Of a stretch of 53,525 nt of DNA, positions 23,201-34,219 are shown in pieces. The stretch is from contig NW_020843751.1 in assembly GCF_003704095.1 (NCBI RefSeq), positions 248,001 to 301,525 of the forward strand, given 5' to 3'. This DNA is from Pocillopora damicornis. Its lineage: Eukaryota. The translations under genes and the position numbers were made by a program. The notes under the pieces are model-generated. The model was not told the origin of the DNA and did no database searches. It saw only the letters and a list, made by a program, of their open reading frames with translations. The stretch's first letter is position 1. Every line of letters starts with the position of its first letter.

Positions 23201-26041
23201 TTAATGATTAATAAAAAAGTTGCTTTAAAGCATTCTGTCAAATTTTGCATGACTTGCCAATATTTTCATTAACTCAGTAAAAAGGTTTTTTGAGTTGGTA
23301 GCCATAAAGTAGATACTTATTCCTGGACTTCTTGATTTACTTGCAATGTGCAGATGTCTGTAAACTGGAACCACAATGCCTTATTTGGATCAAAATATAT
23401 AGGTTGTATGATATCAACAGTAATTTCCCGATTGCTTAATTGTACAGGTTTCTCATGGGCAGAGACAAAAGCAGAGCTCATGCGTCACACAGGATTGACC
23501 CAAATGTTGAACAACAAATTGAGGCACTCAGACAGAAGCTAGCTGAGGTGGGTATAACAATGTACACATGTAATGTACCTATGTTTGTAATGTAAATCCC
23601 TTGTATAGAGTCTTTTTTCTTATTGAAAATTCAAGAGAAGAAGCTTTGTTAGTGCTACAGTTATTAATTTTACAAATTTTAACAAATTCACAAAGTAGGC
23701 ATTTATAGGGGATGAAAATATTTCAACAATTTTGATCTGAATAGACATATTATATTTTTGAAATGTCTTTTATCCCTCCTCGTGAAAAAAAACCTAGCTG
23801 TCAGACCTTAAGGATGTAAGGCCGAATAGTGGTGATTAAGAATGGCCAATACTTTGAATAACAGCAACTTTATTTTGTTGTGTAATAATTTTTTTTTGGC
23901 AACAAAATATGGGGGGGGGGATGAAGCACTTAATTGTGGGGGGCTGGGGAAGGAAGCAGAGTTAATTTGATCTTTGTCAATTGGTTTTACATATCTGTAA
24001 AATTAATTATTAATTCATGGAAAAGCATCATATTAATGTTTTATGTTACCTTTATTGGTTTTGTAAACTTTTTTTTAAAATTTAGTGTCTGTCATTTTTT
24101 CATAGACTGAAACCAAAGCTGAAGAAGCAGAAAAAAGAGCTTCCTTGGCAGAAAAAATGGTTCAACTTCAGAATAATATGAAAAAACCTGTGAGTAGGTG
24201 TAGTGTACCTTTTCTGGAATTGATNNNNNNNNNNNNNNNNNNNNNNNNNNNNNNNNNNNNNNNNNNNNNNNNNNNNNNNNNNNNNNNNNNNNNNNNNNNN
24301 NNNNNNNNNNNNNNNNNNNNNNNNCTCTTTTTTCCAGTTCCCACTCTGCAGACGCAGTAACTGGATCAATACCATCATTGCCTCTATCATATTCCTCAGC
24401 ACTGTACGTCAGAAACAGATCGGGATTATCCATATTAAAACCAACATTCCTTCTTCCTTTTTTCATCTTGTCTTTGGACAAAGCTGATAATGCTGGCTTA
24501 GCTGAGAAAAGTAACGATACAGGGGACACTGTTTGAAGATGTGCTTCTTCATCAGCATCACTGTGTTCAATAACACTTCCAGTGCTTTCATCACCAGAAC
24601 TTTCAGTTTCTTCATTATGCAATTGGGTTTCTTCATTCTTTAGGAAGTAAACACTGTCATGCTTTGGGTGAGATTCTGAATTCACTTCAAGAATATTTGA
24701 TTTGGGTACTGATGTGAACCCAGGCGTAATGCTTATGGGTGACATTTCTACTGGAGCAGTTTCCTCTTTTGGAATTTCTTCATCTATCCAAGATGCTTCG
24801 CGGATTCGCCCTGGGATGTCATCAAATAAATCATCCTGTGGTTCCTCCTTTCCCTGGGATTTTAATCCCTTAGGAACACTGGAAGATACTTTCTCAGGAT
24901 TAGCAGCTTTGACTTCTGTGTTAGCCTCACTGCTTTTGTTGAGTGGAAAGGATTTCTCTTCTTCGCTTTCAATTGTAGAAGAGGGCTGCTGTTTCGTCAA
25001 GCTTTCCATCGTCATTCCTATGTCTGAATCTGATATCAATGGACTTCCCTGGATAAAATCAACACTGTGCGACTTATAGAGGCCTCTGGTATCAAGTGAT
25101 GGTTTCTTCAAAACAGAGTCATCTTGAGATTGCTTCAGTTTGTCAACAGTGCCATGGTACTCGCCGTTCATAGCTTTAGTGTCAGATGGAAAGCGTTTAC
25201 GAGATTTTATAAAGTACAGAGGTCTTTTGGTTCCTGGATCAGATCTTGTACGAGACCTCTGCACAGGGGTAGGATCATTGTTGCCAAGCAAACTCACATC
25301 TAATTCCTTCAAATCTGGAACAAGATCTTGCAAACTTGGCGATCGTTTCTCCTTCTTTTGTAAATCTTCATTTGAGCCTCCACTTTCAAACATAGCCCTC
25401 CTGGCAGCAATCCCTGAAGACACATGTGGCTTGTGTGAAGGGGTGGGGGGTAAGGTTTTTTTGTAATAGTTGGGTAAGGACCATCGTTCTGTGGTTTCAC
25501 CTTGTGATGTGTCTTTAGCATGATTAGCCTTCACTCTGTCAAAAGCTTCAGAGACAGGCCTGGGTTTCTTGTACGTTTGCTGTGCTTTTATAGCCTCATT
25601 CGCAATAGTCTCATCAAAAATGTGTTTCAGTTTGCTTACATTAGGTTTAACGATCTCTTCAGCGCTGCTTTTATCGTTGTCACTTTCCTGTTCAGTCTCT
25701 CTTGCCGGTTTTCGCGTTATGCCCTGTTTCACGTCGCGGGCTTTCGTCGTTCGTACCACATTGTCACTTTTAAGAGGGGAAATATACGTTTTATCAGTAG
25801 CGATAATTTTTTTCGGAGGTAATCCAAATTTGTTGTACGCTCTGTGTCTCTCCTCTTTAACATCCCCTGTGTTAGGACTGCCCGTTGTTCGCTTTGTTTT
25901 AGTGTCAACAAGATTTTTGCGGGGAGGTACGGTTGAGCTTTGACTCCGAGAACTTTCATTCTCCGCTTTTGGACGACTTGCCACTTCACGACGAGCACGG
26001 AATCTGTTCTCTTTGCCGTATTCAGTTCTTGTAGTAGCCAT
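17221..26041 (-). CDS. PPP1R9A: Neurabin/spinophilin homolog (PP1 regulatory subunit 9 family): large exon 24325-26041, PDZ exons on the inverted contig, coiled-coil exons (22328-22545, ~21782-21845, ~20667-20913 and others), SAM-domain exons (~17977-18084, 17221-17406)
   Basis: RRNVGF (RVxF motif) followed by [28 protein letters not shown], the neurabin PP1-binding signature. Coiled coil [24 protein letters not shown] domain [56 protein letters not shown]. Probably co-orthologous to PPP1R9A and PPP1R9B; the SAM domain is a neurabin-1 feature. Confidence 0.88.
18390..18600. repeat. Imperfect (CTGT/CCGT/CTAT)n tetranucleotide microsatellite in a neurabin intron
   Basis: Direct inspection: tctgtctgtctatctgtctgtccgtc... 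Confidence 0.9.
21070..21282. mobile_element. MITE copy (TTAA/CCCTTT family, eroded ends)
   Basis: actcccatgagtgaccaagacagaatttctccttacaat...gagatcttgggagtgaaa. Confidence 0.6.
21535..21747. mobile_element. MITE copy closely related to 3710-3921
   Basis: TTAACCCTTAAACTCCCAGAAGT...caatcagatcttgggagttaaggg. A 3'-half copy also lies at about 19905-19979. Confidence 0.7.
22086..22187 (-). mobile_element. Degenerate tRNA-derived SINE head
   Basis: Minus strand has a B-box-like GTTCAAGTCC followed by cattgttgtgttcttt.gcaa.atactt, typical of invertebrate tRNA-SINE bodies. No intact cloverleaf. Confidence 0.35.
22806..24189 (+). CDS. PPP1R9A: Three neurabin exons (22806-22910, 23448-23547, 24106-24189: PDZ C-terminal half and start of the coiled coil) on the strand opposite the rest of the gene
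   Basis: [43 protein letters not shown] matches the neurabin PDZ domain. AG/GT sites and phases are consistent. The contig 22700-24224 is bounded by two 100-N gaps. Confidence 0.85.
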
Positions 26042-29000
26042 CGAAAGAAATAACGTCGTTTCCGGTAGCTATGTTGTTCCTTCAGAAACTCTGTGCGTCG
26101 AATTTGTTTTGTATGGAGCTTATACAAGTATTAAAACATCTTATCCAAAACAATTTGGGAACGTGATAAGTTTATAAAGAAACACAGAAAATCAGGCTCT
26201 TAAACTTAGTATTCGCTAGCTTATTAGGTTTCCCAAATGGTGCCAATGCACAATGCAACGTGTACAATATTTGTCCCAGCAAGTTCCATACCACAAGGAA
26301 AATGGCCGACGCGGTTGGCTCCAAAATGGACTCACCGAGTAATCCTGCACCAATCGCCGACTTTCCAAACTGACAAAATATCGAAGTTCCGTTTGTCAGA
26401 CGGCTGGGATAACCCCACGGAGTAAAACTTAACTAAAACCGCTTTTCACACGCCGCCACGTAGAAGCCAAACTTCGCAGGAAGCGAAGTATTTTTGTGGA
26501 AAACGACAAAAGTATTCGCCCGTGACAAATGCATCACGTGATAACAGTAAATATAGAAGGAAGTGGATTTCAAGCGGGCTTGTTTAGCGATGCAAATTAA
26601 CTTCAATTTAAAATTCCTTCGGGAAAGACTGTCTTCCTTTCCTAAACTCGTCAGATATAATCGATGATTCCCAAATAAACAGGCCGTATTTTTAAGGAGG
26701 AGGTTTGTAAGGCGAGTAATCAACATTATGCGCCGTGTTGCATTAGCATGCGAACGCTAACCATTTTTCCTCGCAAATGTTAATTGACAAAGGCAAAGTA
26801 TAGCGTACAATCATAAACGTTCTTAAGTTCACTCAAATTGTTGTATCTGCCCCTTGTAGCCGCTGTAAGCCCAGGAAATTAAGGCGAACAATGAAGTTTT
26901 CAAACGAGTTTTCTGTGTTTGTAAACAGTACGTTTCGATGAAAGGTTCGACCAATATGATTTGCATTTAGAATGAATTCACCACTTTCATGGAACTTTCA
27001 CGAAAAATTAATCAGAACAGCTGCAAGACACAACATGAAATAGAAATTTAGCCACTGGAACATTATCATTATTTAATCAGCTTGGATGGAAAATCTGATA
27101 GGATATGAGTATATTGATGTTTGATGATCCCGTGCAATATACGTAGCGATTTAATTCACAATGGCCTAGAATTTTTTAGAAAAGTTATGGAAAAGACTCG
27201 ATATTGCTCAGACTATTTACGAAAAAAAATTGTAATAAACAAAACCCATATCGAAATAAACATAGAGGCGACAAAGACGAAAACTGGAAAAGTGTAAAGC
27301 TTGAGAGAATGCTGAATTTCATTTCATAGTTGAACTTGGCCATTCGCTTAATCACATGCTATTTATTTATTTATTTACATACATATTTATTTCATTTTAT
27401 TTTTGTGATAATCTTCGGTTTGATCGTGAGAGTTATGAAAGGAGATACATCACGGTTTTGGGCAACTTAAAAATATTATCCTACAAGTTTATCAATCAGA
27501 GTAATCGGTGGACACCTTTACTATTATAACCCTTTCAGATCAAGACATGAACTTTCCAAACCTCTCTAATATAGTCTTCAAAAATTCGGCTCTGAGAATT
27601 TAGCTTTAGATCAAACAAAGACAAAAGATGTTTTCTCACTTCTCATTTCCTCTTTGCTTGAAAATGTATTATTATGGAAAGGAAAAATTTCTTTCGCGTC
27701 ACTTTACATTTCCAGAAGTAACTGGGTCAACAATTCTGTTTTCTTCTAGATTCTATTTCTGACCTCTTTGGTGTTCTTTCGAACCTACAATTCCTCATAT
27801 AGATATATATATATATTTTTTTTTTGGGCATAATTTTGATATACTTTTCACCTTCTGACTGAAATTCGCGGTTGATAAGAATTGCAAAGTCGATTATGAT
27901 ACAATCGCTAGATTAATTGATTCATAAAACGGCGAGGAAGTTAAAAAAAAGTTTATATTTTTTCTTACAGATCAACCTAGTTCTTCTGGGTTTCTTAGTG
28001 ATTTAAAATTTCTCTGACGTAACTCTGTTTGCTTAAACTCAATTATTATCATAGCTTAATTGCTTTCCTCAAGCCTTTTATTTACATTGGATACTAAAAT
28101 GACCGCAGACAGCTTCACTTCCTTGTCATGAACAAACAAATTGTGAAATAAATTTGAGCTAAACTCAATAAAGAGGCAAAATTTAGCAAGTTCTTTGGTT
28201 CCCTTACTGGAATTTTACTACCAGTTACAGTCTGAAATTTTTTTTCTCGAATTTTCTCGTCATTCTTACTTTCGTCAGAGCGTTAGTGGCAAGACTTGAC
28301 TTTGCTGACGTTTCCTAAAAGTTCCGCATTTTTCCATCATTAAGTCTTGGTTTTTTTCAATGCAACATGTCTTAACAGAAGAAATCCTACGCTTAGGCGC
28401 CCACTCCATATTTATTTATGAGAATACGATGACGTTATTAGCACAGGCGCATCTGAAAGCCTTAAAGTTTGAACAACTATCATCTCTGTTAGCATATACC
28501 GGTTGCCATTAAAAGATATGCGCGCACCGGAACTACAATCGAAAACCAATTTTTCACAGACAGTAGTTTTGATCGGCTAAAGGAACGGATAATGTTTAAT
28601 CCTTAATCTTGTTAAACAATCCGGTGATAGGTCTAAATCTGTGAAAGCCAACCTGTCAAAGATTATCATCAAGCTCAAGCACTTAGTGTCAATGTAAACA
28701 TATCCTTGGCATTTAAAATTGCATGACCAAGAAAAGCCCCCAGAAGCCTGTGCGGTGCGCACTCACTCATGTTTCATCAACGCTAGTCTCACGTGCGTCC
28801 AATAGCCACTTTTGAGGACTAAATCATGAAAGGTACTTGTGGCTACTGCGACTTACAAATTAATGTTTGCTTATTCCAAAGAAAAATTGTAACTGCGTGG
28901 AGAGGGATATTACAGTAAATTTAGGGGGTGTTCCTTATTTAGAAGTAACGCGATCCTTGATAGGATTCCCCAGTTTCTTTCATTTCCTCCATAATCCGAT

Positions 29001-29768
29001 AATCCCCTATTCAAGGCTCGATTTCTAGCTGCTATTCAGGGAATGAGCTCGCTTTCCCCCCCCTCCCACTCCACTTCCCTACCCCCCCTACTTTACAAAA
29101 TGTTCCTCCCATGGGGGATCGAGGATCAGACACGAGGAAACAGTAGAAATGAAGCTTGAAGGTTCACTCACGAACGCTTGCGAAACAGCCTCGTTTTCTA
29201 GTTTCGTTGTGTTGCAATTTTTAGAGCACCAAATTTATATAAAGAGGAACGAGTTATTTTTCGGTTTTCTCCACTCTCTTTTCGACTCTCCTCCAATAAC
29301 GAGCCATTTTAAGGTTCTTATATTTTCTGTTGAATATTGATTTGTAACGAGACTTCTTTCCTTGAAATCGACTAAATTCATCACCATCGGTGACAGTAGC
29401 TTACGTGAAGCCTTTCCTTCCCCTCCCCCCAATTAGAAACGGTCACTCCTTGCGGGGAAGGTACGGCTACGCGTGAGCTATGATAACAATTCCATTTTTA
29501 GGAAAACACTCAAGCGAGTCCGAGCACGTATTGGAATGTTTTACCGTGGTGGTATTATATCCGCCTTCTTGGAAAATTCCAAAATATTCCCAATCTTGGA
29601 AACCAATAAAATCGAAATCTCTTCGTAACTGACCTTAAGAAATCGCACAATTGGTCTATCTATTGATGAATATAAAACGAGCTCGTTACCCTGTTACCTC
29701 TCCAGTGAAACAAACTTAAACAAGATCTGTAACGCGTGACTTTTCGTGACATTTCTGGTCAGTTCGCT

Positions 29769-29847
29769 CACTTCCGGTGTAAAAATAACGCTCACGTTCG
29801 TCGCCACAGGAAACGGAAATTCCCGGTGAAATCTCTGTATGGTAAGG
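29769..29847 (+). promoter_or_regulatory. ETS site plus overlapping IRF/NF-kB site, followed by a candidate splice donor
   Basis: CACTTCCGG (29769-29777), GAAACGGAAA (29810-29819, GAAANNGAAA), GGAAATTCCC (29815-29824, reverse complement GGGAATTTCC), G|GTAAGG at 29841/29842. Confidence 0.45.
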
Positions 29848-30142
29848 TCTGGCTAAAAATAACTTCATTTGACTCAGAAATGGCTTTATTTGACCGAGTA
29901 TAGATTGTTTTATTCAGACAATAATTATAATTCGCATCAAAAATTTCATAAATATCTTCACAACATGCCATACAACCGAGACGACGGAAACAAAGGAATA
30001 GGTCTAAACCTAATCAACAAAGTTGTATTATCAAACCACTTAAGTTCTTTAGAATGTCGCTCTTTTGTTAGCATATCAATGAATCCGATATGCATCGAGA
30101 AATATACAATTCAAAATAATAATTTTTTCAGTTTTCCGATTT

Positions 30143-30739
30143 TTACGCTACTCCCACGTAATGGAGAACAGTTTTGCTTGTAGTTTGCCCTCTTAGTCGC
30201 GAGAATGTTTCAAAATAATGTTTTTCAACAACGCTGGGGTTGTACTGTTTTCGTCCGTGATTGTTTTGGCAGCCATTTGCTTGACAAGAGCAGGGAAAGC
30301 GTCCGTAATCAACTTGGCAGGCTATTCCACTCAAAATACACTCGCATGTTTGTGGGTAACAAATATCCCCACAGCTACAACCACAAATGATCCGTGATAA
30401 TCTCAGCTGAGCGCAATCTTGCTCTTCTTTCTTGAGAATCCGGCGAACGCCGGCAGTTTTAAGAATAGTTTTCCTCGCTTTTTGCGCCACCGGTGCAAAG
30501 GGTTTGCGATCGCCAATTGTAACACCGTCCACTTCAAAATTGACTTGGATTTTCTCAATCAATACATGTTTTCTCGCCATTCCCAAAGTAGTACCTCCCG
30601 ATGAAGGCACGGAAACAAAACCTTGCTTTCTTGGGAAATGGTAGATTGTAACTTCACCAAATCGTACCTGTTTTTTCAGCCGCTTACAAGAATCGTCGCT
30701 TTCATCTCCGCTATCGGTACTGTGTTTTCGCTTCCCCAT
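30143..30739 (-). CDS. CSRNP: Compact intronless cysteine/serine-rich nuclear protein (CSRNP/AXUD1 family), 198 aa
   Basis: KKQVRFGEVTIYHFPRKQGFVSVPSSGGTTLGMARKH and the Cys-rich RLSRIICGCSCGDICYPQTCECILSGIACQVDYGRFPCSCQANGCQNNHGR are the two hallmark CSRNP blocks. Confidence 0.9.
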   Translation of the reverse strand: MGKRKHSTDSGDESDDSCKRLKKQVRFGEVTIYHFPRKQGFVSVPSSGGTTLGMARKHVLIEKIQVNFEVDGVTIGDRKPFAPVAQKARKTILKTAGVRRILKKEEQDCAQLRLSRIICGCSCGDICYPQTCECILSGIACQVDYGRFPCSCQANGCQNNHGRKQYNPSVVEKHYFETFSRLRGQTTSKTVLHYVGVA

Positions 30740-30819
30740 TTTTAGCTAACGCGAATTCGAACAAGGTGCGTCTAACCTTCACTTCGTTGACTCCTCTCGT
30801 TTCACAGATTTTGGCATTT

Positions 30820-30940
30820 CGTATTTAAACGCCGAGATCTCAGGTTTCTATTTTCATGACATACGTGCTCGTCTTGTGACGTCAAAAACACGCAAAAAAT
30901 GACGTTCCGATTGCAATCCAATGTTTTTTATTGGTCGACG
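30820..30940 (-). promoter_or_regulatory. CSRNP proximal promoter: TATA-like box, full CRE, half CRE, two CCAAT boxes
   Basis: TTTAAATA on the minus strand at about 30822-30829, TGACGTCA 30877-30884, TGACG 30900-30904, CCAAT 30918-30922, ATTGG 30930-30934. Confidence 0.55.
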
Positions 30941-32747
30941 TGTGATCTTGAAATCGTTGTGGGTCGAAGAGCGGTGGTCGGGGGGAAATTGAAATGTGAT
31001 GTAAATATTGGGGATAAAGATGTTTTCGAAAGAGAACGTCAGAAAAAGCCATTTACACCCTTTTTTTTTCGGTGTTGACTTCAAGACTTCCTTTGACTTC
31101 AGAATAAATAATATGAATTTGTTTGACGTTATGACTTATTATGCTATAATTGATAAAAGGATTATTCTGCTCACGACCACGCAAAATTTTAACTCATCAT
31201 TACGTTTGATGGCCTTTAAAATTTTATTCGCTCGGAGCTTAAATAGGATGCACCCACACGTACAAAAGTTAACCAACACATTATTGTTGAAGAAAGTGGC
31301 TTTAAGAGTTATTTTGATCGTAATAAGAGCCGTCGAAGTCTGAAAATTGTGCCTTGAACATAATGTTAAACAGAGCAAGGAATTTACGGGTGAAGAGAAG
31401 CTTTCGTGAAAAAAGCTGTCTTATCAGGAACGTTCGAAACAAAGAATTGAGGAAAATCTTGATAACGCTATCGTGGCGAAAAATTCCACATAATACGTGA
31501 CTCTAGAAAAAAAAACTGCGTGAAATTTCTAAATATTAATAAGAAAAGCTTTCTTTTTTCCCTGTAGACTAAATAAACACGAACGTGTTTAGACGAACCC
31601 AGCAAATTTACATGTAAGCAATATTGTAGATCGTTCCAAGCGCGTCTCGAGTCGGTTGAAAAGAAAAAATTCGAGAACGAAAGATTTTCCCAGTTTCAGA
31701 GAAAATAGGATTTCCTCGACGAAAAGCTTCCTGGGGATTATTGTGTGGGCTCTAAGAGAGTATCCGTTTTTGATATGAAAGGAGATAAAACAAGAACTTG
31801 ATTGCACGGTTAAGCTGAATATAGTTTTCGTTATTACTGAAATTAACCACGTTCTGGATCTAAGAAAAAATTACTTGGAACAAAAAAGTTTCATCGATTT
31901 TCTACACCAAGTTTAATCTTCATTCTAATGTTTCAAGTCAGTTTTAAGTCAAATATTGCTGTCTTGATAAAGAAGGCTGCGTAATTTTCAACATAACATC
32001 GCAAAAAATTTTTATCCCGTGGGCTTTTTATTTAGAGGGAATAAACTTACCTATAAGCGGAACTCGATGTTATCAACAGCTATCAGCACCACAAAATTTA
32101 AGCATGTAACTAGCTGGGGATGATTTTTATTTCGAGGCTTGAGGTTATTTTGTATTAAATTGCATTCGCCTTTAATCAGCAAAAGTTCCTTCAAAAGGCC
32201 TCGCAACGAAAATAAGAACCTTGTTCCCGAGCTCCTCTACCTTCATATATTTCCGAGGAGGGAGAGAGAGGTGCCTGGGACCAAGTTTCCAACACTTGTA
32301 AACGTAAACGTAAGGCGTATTTCAAATCTCGTATTTCTCATCCAAAAAAGCTTAAGAATTTGTTAAAGAACTTCAATGCCTTAAATAGAAAACTGTACAT
32401 TTAACACCTGTTGTCTCATTTCGCAGCTTTTACGATACCGACTATGTAAAACGAATTGAAGAGTCATGTGCAATATCTTTCCTGTGAATGAGGCATATTT
32501 ACAATGACTGAACAAAAGCACTTTTACAAAACTTAGCAAAGGATGATACTCGTGGGATATTATATTACTCAAGGCTGAAAACTGTTNNNNNNNNNNNNNN
32601 NNNNNNNNNNNNNNNNNNNNNNNNNNNNNNNNNNNNNNNNNNNNNNNNNNNNNNNNNNNNNNNNNNNNNNNNNNNNNNNNNNNNNNATCATCTCTAATCT
32701 TGAACGAAGCTGATGTAAATTCTTTTCATATTTGCTTTCATATCAAG

Positions 32748-34115
32748 GTCCACTTGGAATGACAAGTAACAGAAGTATCGAAATCGTCCAAAAGTCGACA
32801 TCCTGTGAAAACCTCCACGCTATCGCACCAGGAACAATGGGAAAAGGTTCTGTTGGCTCACCGGAGAGTCGACTTGAAAAACTTGAAGGAGTTCCGGACG
32901 ATACCCGTGTTTTCAAGGGGGAACTGGAGGGAAATCTTCCCCCTGAAACGTTGTCAAGGCCACCACGACAGCTAAATCTTCGAGGAGGCGGGCAAATCTT
33001 TGTAAAAACATTGACTGGAAAGACGATCAGTTTGGAAGTGGAACCGTCAGACACCATTGAGAATGTGAAAACAAAAATTCAAGACAAAGAAGGAATTCCA
33101 CCGGAGCAGCAAGGTCTTATATTTGACGGGAAGCAATTGGATAATGGCCGTTATCTGAGTGACTACAATATTCAGAAAGAATCAATACTTCACTTGGTTT
33201 TAAGACTGCGTGGTGGCATGCAAATATTTATAAAAACATTGACTGGAAAGACGATCACTTTGGAAGTGGAGCCTTCAGATACGATAAAGAAGGTGAAACG
33301 GAAAATTCAGGACATAGAGGGTATCCCACCAAGCAAGCAACATCTGATCTTTCATGGGCAGCGATTGGAAGATGGCCGTTGTCTTAGTGACTACAATGTT
33401 CCGAAAGAAGCGACTCTTCACTTGGTTTTAAGACTGCGTTGTGGCATACAAATCTTTATAAAAACATTGACTGGAAAGACGATCACTTTGGAAGTGTACC
33501 CTTCAGATACGATAAAGAAGGTGAAACTGAAAATTCATAACAAAGAGGGTATCCCACCAAGCCAGCAACATCTGATCTTTAAGAGGCAAGAACTCAAAGA
33601 CCACCAAACGTTACATGAATACAAAGTCACAAACAAATCTTCGGTACATTTGCGACTCGAGGACGAACTTGATAGAATACTTATCAATGTGGAGTTTTCA
33701 ACTGGAAGGAAGATTTTAATAAATGTTTCACCAAAGGATGATCTTGAGAGCGTGAGAAAAATGATCTCTGATAGAGAAGGGATTCCAGTTGATCAACAAC
33801 GCCTCAGTTTTGCTGGCAAAGAAGTTGTAGACGACCACCTTCCTCTAAGTGAGTACCACAATGAGATTGAATTATCTTTGCAACTGGATGTGAAACAACA
33901 AAAAAATGAATTCCTTCTTCATGTGAAGACACCAACCGGAAAAACAAAGATCAAAGTTGAAGCTGTATCGGGAGATACCATCCACGATGTGAAAAGGAAA
34001 ATAATGGAAGAGATTGGAATACCGCCACATCAGCAACTACTTATGTTTAACAGTCAGGAAATTGAAGATGAGCGCCGCACGCTGGAAAGCTACGACATCA
34101 ACAGCGACTCCATCA
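32748..34115 (+). CDS. Degenerate poly-ubiquitin / multi-UBL ORF: ~80-aa leader ending LRGG, Ub1 32990-33217, Ub2 33218-33445, Ub3 33446-~33670, UBL4, UBL5; truncated by a gap
   Basis: Ub1 differs from ubiquitin at 10 of 76 positions and ends LRLRGG. Ub2 ends LRLRCG and Ub3 ends LRLEDE. UBL4 and UBL5 keep GIP..QQ.L.F. A pyrimidine tract plus AAG acceptor ends at 32747; first ATG at 32759. Confidence 0.9.
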
Positions 34116-34219
34116 NNNNNNNNNNNNNNNNNNNNNNNNNNNNNNNNNNNNNNNNNNNNNNNNNNNNNNNNNNNNNNNNNNNNNNNNNNNNNNNNNNNNN
34201 NNNNNNNNNNNNNNNATAC

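Noticed and set aside
24702-25943. Several + strand ORFs of 100-125 aa
   Set aside because: Antisense shadows of the large neurabin exon, with no independent homology.
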